Made by a program: the position numbers and the translations under genes. 64,000 nucleotides of DNA, taken from positions 211,916,001-211,980,000 of the forward strand of contig OZ024742.1 in NCBI GenBank assembly GCA_964016885.1. The letters run 5' to 3'. Origin of the DNA: Eledone cirrhosa. Lineage: Eukaryota. Each line of letters opens with the position of its first letter. Position 1 is the first letter of the stretch. The notes below the pieces were generated by a model. That model worked only from the letters and a program-made list of their open reading frames with translations. It was not told the origin of the DNA and did no database searches. This document shows, one piece after another, positions 57,306-64,000 of the stretch.

Positions 57306-60240
57306 ATCATCATCAACGTTTAACGTCCGTGTTCCACGCTTGCATGGGTTTGGACGGGGGTAGTCCCACTTGAGGCAAGAGTGATTGTCTTGCTCGCATA
57401 GGACTGTCTGGCAGGTTTTCTACAGTTGGATGCCCTTCCTAACACCAACCACATTTACAGTGTGGGTCTGGGAGGTTTTTACCGTGTTGCCTACACGGCC
57501 ACATTACAGCGTGGACTGTGTGTTTTTTTGTCGTGACACCTACACGATCTCATTTGTTTCGGCCTGGATGGCGCGGCACCAACATAACTTTACATAGAAT
57601 GGGGTGGTGTGGATGGGGTGGGGGTGGTGGTGATGCCTACTGGCTGGAGTAGGTTTTACTATATATTTAGGTAAGGTGGGTCTTCTCTGTTACTGAGTAC
57701 CGCCAAAGGTCTCGGTCCAGTGACATTGTCTTGGAGAGGTGTAAGTGTGTGAGGTCGGAGTTTATCAGCTCGTCCCAGGTTTTTCTAGGTATGCCTATTC
57801 CGTGGCTACCGTCTATCTTTATTGCCCTGCACTTTGTTATACAGCTATCGACTTTCATGCGCATCACGTGTCCATACCAACGTAGCCTTCTCTCGAGTAA
57901 ACAACATCTGATCCCTCTTATCTCTATTTTTTTCCTTAGTTCGTTTATGCTTTGCCGTTCACGTATATTACTGTTACACATCCAGCGGAGCATGCAAGCT
58001 TCGTTCCTCTCTAGTCTGCGTATATCCTCTGCACACAATGCCCAGGTCTCACTGCCATGCAACATTGCTGTTCGTATGCAGGCATCGTACAACCTGCCTT
58101 TCATTTTTAGGGAGAACCCTTTAGCAGCTAATAGTGGTATAAGCTCTCTGAACTTTTTCCAACCAGTTCTGACTCTAGCTACAGTACTTTCAGAGCACCC
58201 TCCCCCACTGCTGATTTTATCGCCCAGGTAACGGAAGCTGTCCACTATTTCTATAGAACCCTCTGCGCAATTGAAAGAGCTAGTATTTTGTGGGCACTTG
58301 CTGCTACTTATTGCTCCAGAACACCGGCCACATGTAAAATCTATGTTCTTAGTTAGGTGTTTCTTTATACATGGCTTGTATAGCCCTCACAAGCCATTCG
58401 TCAACGCCTATTTTTATAAGAGCCCACCAGATAATGGAGCGGGGGACTCTGTCGAAGGCTTTCTCCAAGTCGACAAAAGCTAAGTAGAGGGGTTTACCTT
58501 TAGCTAGGTACTTCTCCTGTAGTTGTCGTACTATGAAAAGAGCGTCTGTGGTACTTTTGCCTGACACAAACCCGAACTGCATTTCATCTAGGTCAATTCT
58601 CTCTCTGATTAGTTGCGCTATTACTTTTTCCGTGACCTTCATGACCTGGTCGATTAATTTAATGCCTCTATAGTTACTCCTATCTAGGGCGTCTCCTTTA
58701 CCCTTATAACAGTTAACGATGATGCTGCTATGCCAGTCCTTCGGAACAACCCCATTCTGTACGACTTGGTTAACTATGCGGGTGACCATGGTGTGTCCCA
58801 CCGTGCCAGATGCCTTCAGCATCTCAGCAACTATTTCCGAAGGCCCAGCCGCCTTACCCGTCTTCATATCCTTGATTGCCTTACTTATTATACTCCCCTC
58901 GACTAACACTGCTGGTCCCTCTATTGGGTCGATATGGGGGAGACTGTCTTTCTCCCATTTATTCTCCTCATTTAGTAGCCTTTCATAGTGACACTTCCAA
59001 GCTACCTTCTTATCAGCGTCGGTGATGGCAAGTATGCCATCATCGTTAAGTACACACTTCTCCCCGACAATATCACGGTTTTCCTTGACGCACTGCCTAG
59101 CAATCCTGAACACCTCACGTTTTTGGTCATCGCGTTGTAGAACATGCTTGAACTTTCTTTCCTCAGCTTCCCTTCTTGCTAAGTACACTTCTCTCCTAGC
59201 TTCCCTCATGGCCACTTGATAGTCTACTCTACTTCCCCCATCCCGCCATACTTTCCAAGCCTGCTTTTTGGCCTTAATTGACCCCTCCACCTTACTGTTC
59301 CACCACCATGTTACTCTCCTCCTGCCTACAGGCCTGCTCCAGCCACAGACTTCGTCTGTCGCCAATAGAAGGTTTGCTTTCAGAAATTCCCACTGTCCCT
59401 CTATATTGTCCGACTCTAAATGTTCTTCCTTACTGTCGAAAGCATCAAGTAATATGCTTTGAAATTTATTTCTGGCTGTGGGGTCCTTTAGCTTCCATAT
59501 TTTTCTCCTGAGGATAGTCCTCTTCTGCTGTCGAGTACGTCTCGTCCTGACTATGAGGTCGCTAATTATCAGTCTATGTTGGGAGGTGCATTCTTCATGG
59601 GGGAGGGATTTAGTGTTTACAACAGACACTCTGTCACGTCTTCTGGTAAGGATATAATCTACCTGGCTGGTATGTTCCCCTGATCTGTAGGTGATCAGGT
59701 GATTGTCACGTTTTTTGAAGTTAGTGTTACAGATAGTTAGGTTATTTGCATCACAGAATTCCAGGATTCTGGAGCCTTCCTCATTTCTAGTACCAAACCC
59801 ATAGCCTCCATGGATTTCGTCGTAGCCGTCACAATGTTGTCCAACGTGACCATTTAGGTCGCCTGCAATAATTATATAGTCACTGTCAGATATTTGGGAG
59901 GTAGTTAGCATCAGTGTCTCATAGAATCTGTCTTTTATAGTGCCGGGCAGTCCGGATTGGGGTGCGTACGCAGATATTACTGTCACCGTAGTTCTATTGA
60001 GGACAAGTCGTATTTTAATTATTCTGTCGTTCACTCTATTTACGTCTATTATCTTATCTGCCCACTTTTCTGCTACCATGATTCCTACTCCACCCAGCCC
60101 ATCGTCGTTTCCCACCCAGAAAAGCTTATAACTTCGTTTTTTACCCTCAATGAATCTAGCAGAACCACCCCTCCACCTGGTCTCTTGAATACAACAAACA
60201 TCGACCTCCTTACGTTCAAGCATTTCTACAACCTCTGAAG
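57306..60240 (-). mobile_element. Near-full-length RTE LINE (APE endonuclease + RT) with an internal deletion at ~58360
   Basis: APE motifs [29 protein letters not shown] and SQHRL; RT motifs NYRGIKL, QFGF and FVDLEKAFDRV; C-terminal ORF 57667-58245; 3' UTR and (TGA)n tail. Confidence 0.95.
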
Positions 60241-60810
60241 TTTTGGATTGCGTTTGGAGGGTGGGGGCGGTGTTAGCCATCCGCGGACGAAACAAAGAGG
60301 AGTGCTCGCATTCTCGTCCACGAGGTGAATTTGACTTTAACTTTGGCATTTTCGCTCTGAGCGTCCAGATTTTTCTCTCCCTTCCACTCTCCAGGATTCC
60401 GCAGTCCATCCATCCATCATATATCGAAGGCAACCGGGCAAGCTATATATATATATATATACATATACATATACACATATATATTATATATACATATACA
60501 TATATATATACATATGTATATACATATAGATATATATACATATACATATACACATATATATATATATACATATACATATATATACATATGTATATACATA
60601 TACACATATATATACATATAGATATATATGCATATACACATATATATATATATACATATACACATATATATATATACATATACACATATATATATATACA
60701 CATATATACATATACATATACATATATATACATATATATACATATACATATATATACATATATATACATATACACATATATATATATATACACACTATAT
60801 ATATACACAC

Positions 60811-60859
<49 letters not shown>

Positions 60860-60956
60860 CACAGATATATATACATATATATATATATACACATAGATAT
60901 ATATATATATACACATAGATATATATACATATATATATATACATATATATATATAC

Positions 60957-61002
<46 letters not shown>

Positions 61003-61080
61003 ATATATATGTACATATATATATCTATATATGTATATATATATATGTATATATATCTATATGTATATATATCTATATGT

Positions 61081-61120
<40 letters not shown>

Positions 61121-61218
61121 ATATATGTATATATATATATATATATGTATATATATCTATATATGTATATATATATATATATATGTATATATATCTATAT
61201 GTATATATATCTATATGT

Positions 61219-61276
<58 letters not shown>

Positions 61277-61277
<1 letters not shown>

Positions 61278-61479
61278 AAGGAACGATCGACTTTCGTCAA
61301 ATCGGACCGAGGAAACAGTGTTGCTAATACTATCTATCGGTCGCAACTCCAGGTAGAAGGAGCAACATGAAATAAAGTGTCTTGCTCAAGGACAAAACGC
61401 ATCGCCCAGTCGAAGAATCGAACTCACAACCTCAAGATTGTGAATCCAATTCTCTAACCACTCTGCCACACGCCTTCAC
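61277..61479 (-). mobile_element. tRNA/CORE-like SINE
   Basis: Minus head gtgaaggcgtgTGGCAGAGTGGttagag...gaGTTCGATTC (A/B boxes) followed by tgtccttgagcaagacacttt (CORE-like). Confidence 0.8.
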
Positions 61480-61592
61480 TAATCTATATATATATATATG
61501 TATATATATCTATATATATATATGTATATATATATCTCTATATATATATGTATATATATATCTCTATATATATATCTCTCTATATATATATA

Positions 61593-61760
61593 TGTAAATG
61601 TGGTTGGTGTTAGGAAGGGCATCCAACTGTAGAAAACCCGCCAGACAGTCCTATGCGAGCAAGACAACCACTCTTGCCTCAAGTGGGAAAACCCCCGTCC
61701 AAACCCATGCAAGCGTGGAACACGGACGCTAAACCTGATGATGATGATGATGATGATGAT
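61593..61760 (+). mobile_element. RTE 3' terminal fragment with (GAT)n tail
   Basis: Nearly identical to 55546-55707. Confidence 0.9.
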
Positions 61761-61814
61761 ATGTATCTATATCTATATATATATATGTATATTATCTATA
61801 TATGTATATATATC

Positions 61815-61849
<35 letters not shown>

Positions 61850-61894
61850 TATATATACATATATATATATAGATATATATACATATATATATAT

Positions 61895-61933
<39 letters not shown>

Positions 61934-62122
61934 CATATATATATATAGATATGTATATATATCTATATATATATATATGTATGTATATATATCTATATAT
62001 ATATATATATGTATATATATCTATATATATATATATGTATATATATCTATATATATATATGTATATATATCTATATATATATATATGTATATTATATCTA
62101 TATATCTATATAAATATCTATA

Positions 62123-62189
<67 letters not shown>

Positions 62190-62563
62190 ATATATCTATA
62201 TATATATATATGTATATATATCTATATATATGTATATATATCTATATATATATATATATGTATATATATCTATATATATGTATATATATCTATATATATA
62301 TATGTATATATATCTATATATATATATGTATATATATCTATATCTATATCTATATCTATATATATATGTATATCTATCTATCTATATATATATATATGTA
62401 TATCTATCTATATATATATATATATGTATATATATCTATATATATATATATGTATATCTATCTATATATATATATATATGTTATATATATCTATATATAT
62501 ATATATATATGTATATATCTATATATATATATATATGTATATATATCTATATATAAATATATA

Positions 62564-62635
<72 letters not shown>

Positions 62636-62679
62636 AATATGTATATATATATGTATAAAAATATGTCTATATATATATC

Positions 62680-62710
<31 letters not shown>

Positions 62711-62980
62711 CTATATATATATGTATATATATCTATATATATCTATCTATATATATATATATATGTATATATATGTATATATATCTATATATATATATGT
62801 ATATATATGTATATATATATATGTATATAAATATGTATATATATATATCTCTATATATATATATATTGTATATAAATATGTATATATATCTCTATATATA
62901 TATGTGTATATATATCTATATATATATATGTATATATATGTATATATATATATACGTATATAAATATGTATATATATATC

Positions 62981-63462
62981 TCTGTCCTTAGGGCATCAAC
63001 ATATGTTAACCTTGGTCTTCCTCTTCTAGTGTGTCCATGTAGGGGCTCCCAAAGGAGCACTGAGTGCAATGTCAACTCTGGATGTCGGTGAGCATGTCCA
63101 GCCAACCTCAGTCTCCTCTGTGTCACTTTTGAGCTGACTTTTGGGATGCTCCCATACAGCTCTGAGTTTTTCATCCTCAGTGTATACTGATTAATGTTCA
63201 GAGCCATCCTCAGCATTCTCGTGTAGCACCCATCCACCATCTGAGAGAGTTTCTTGGTCAGTGTCCAAGTCTCAGACCCATACAGCAGCACAGACTCCAC
63301 TACAGCAATGAAGAGGCGGATTTTCAGGTCTCTACGAAGGTCCGACTTCCACACCGATCTCAAGCTGGTCTGTTGGAGATGCAGGATATGGCAGCGATAA
63401 TGAGGGATAGAGACCGCTGGAGAGAACTCGTCCATGGATCTCGGGAATTTTACCCGCCTTAG
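62981..63462 (+). mobile_element. RTE-X-like LINE 3' fragment with 5' inversion (copy B)
   Basis: 62981-63367 minus: [19 protein letters not shown]...[13 protein letters not shown]; 63365-63462 plus: [31 protein letters not shown]. Confidence 0.88.
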
Positions 63463-63467
63463 ATGAG

Positions 63468-63470
63468 AGA

Positions 63471-63520
<50 letters not shown>

Positions 63521-63766
63521 TATATACATACATATATATTATACATATATATATATATACATACATATATATATACATACATATATATATATATACATAC
63601 ATATATATATATATACATATATACATACATATATACATACATATATATATACATACATATATACATACATACATATATACATACATACATATATACATAC
63701 ATACATATATACATACATATATTATACATACATATATATATACATACATATATATTATATATATAC

Positions 63767-63813
<47 letters not shown>

Positions 63814-63884
63814 CATATATACATATATATACATATATACATATATATATATATACATACATAAATATATATATACATATATAC

Positions 63885-63917
<33 letters not shown>

Positions 63918-63922
63918 CATAC

Positions 63923-63961
<39 letters not shown>

Positions 63962-64000
63962 CATACATATATATATATATACATATATATATATACATAC
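63468..64000. repeat. TA/TACA microsatellite array running off the window end
   Basis: Directly visible. Confidence 0.95.

Larger units (their letters stand above)
60444..62980. repeat. TA-rich microsatellite array interrupted by a SINE and an RTE tail
   Basis: Directly visible; TACA-type units to ~61000, TGTA/TCTA-type units afterwards. Confidence 0.95.

Noticed and set aside
56076-60238. Plus-strand ORFs antisense to RTE elements
   Set aside because: Shadow ORFs of the RTE coding strand with no independent motifs.
61400-61479. tRNA gene
   Set aside because: A/B boxes are present but continue into a SINE body that recurs at 43575-43784; no convincing cloverleaf.
60243-63998. Further long YI-repeat ORFs
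   Set aside because: Same microsatellite artefact; only the embedded LINE fragments have real coding ancestry.

Overview
AT-rich eukaryotic animal genomic DNA, not prokaryotic. The repeat landscape (multi-kb TA/TACA arrays, RTE LINEs with (TGA)n tails, tRNA-derived SINEs) suggests a mollusc, probably an octopod cephalopod; this is an inference. One host gene is reconstructable on the minus strand: the last 9 coding exons of a RAPGEF1/C3G orthologue (REM + CDC25 RasGEF domain, 42543 down to the stop at 26454), with GT-AG sites and consistent intron phases. Its 5' exons were not found, so 42.5-64 kb is probably one large intron. The remainder is transposon-derived: a full-length but decayed 5.8-kb Helitron in a C3G intron, a 1.17-kb non-autonomous Helitron, Penelope-like relics, an RT-deleted CRE-type element, many RTE fragments carrying a PHD-like finger just after the RT, SINEs and very long TA-rich arrays. 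The most unusual observation is two independent copies of an RTE-X-like LINE, both embedded in TA arrays and both with twin-priming-type 5' inversions at different breakpoints. Also notable are a near-identical inverted RTE pair, a 78-bp palindrome and a candidate cassette exon. All assignments were made by eye and from recalled family motifs; no searches were run.
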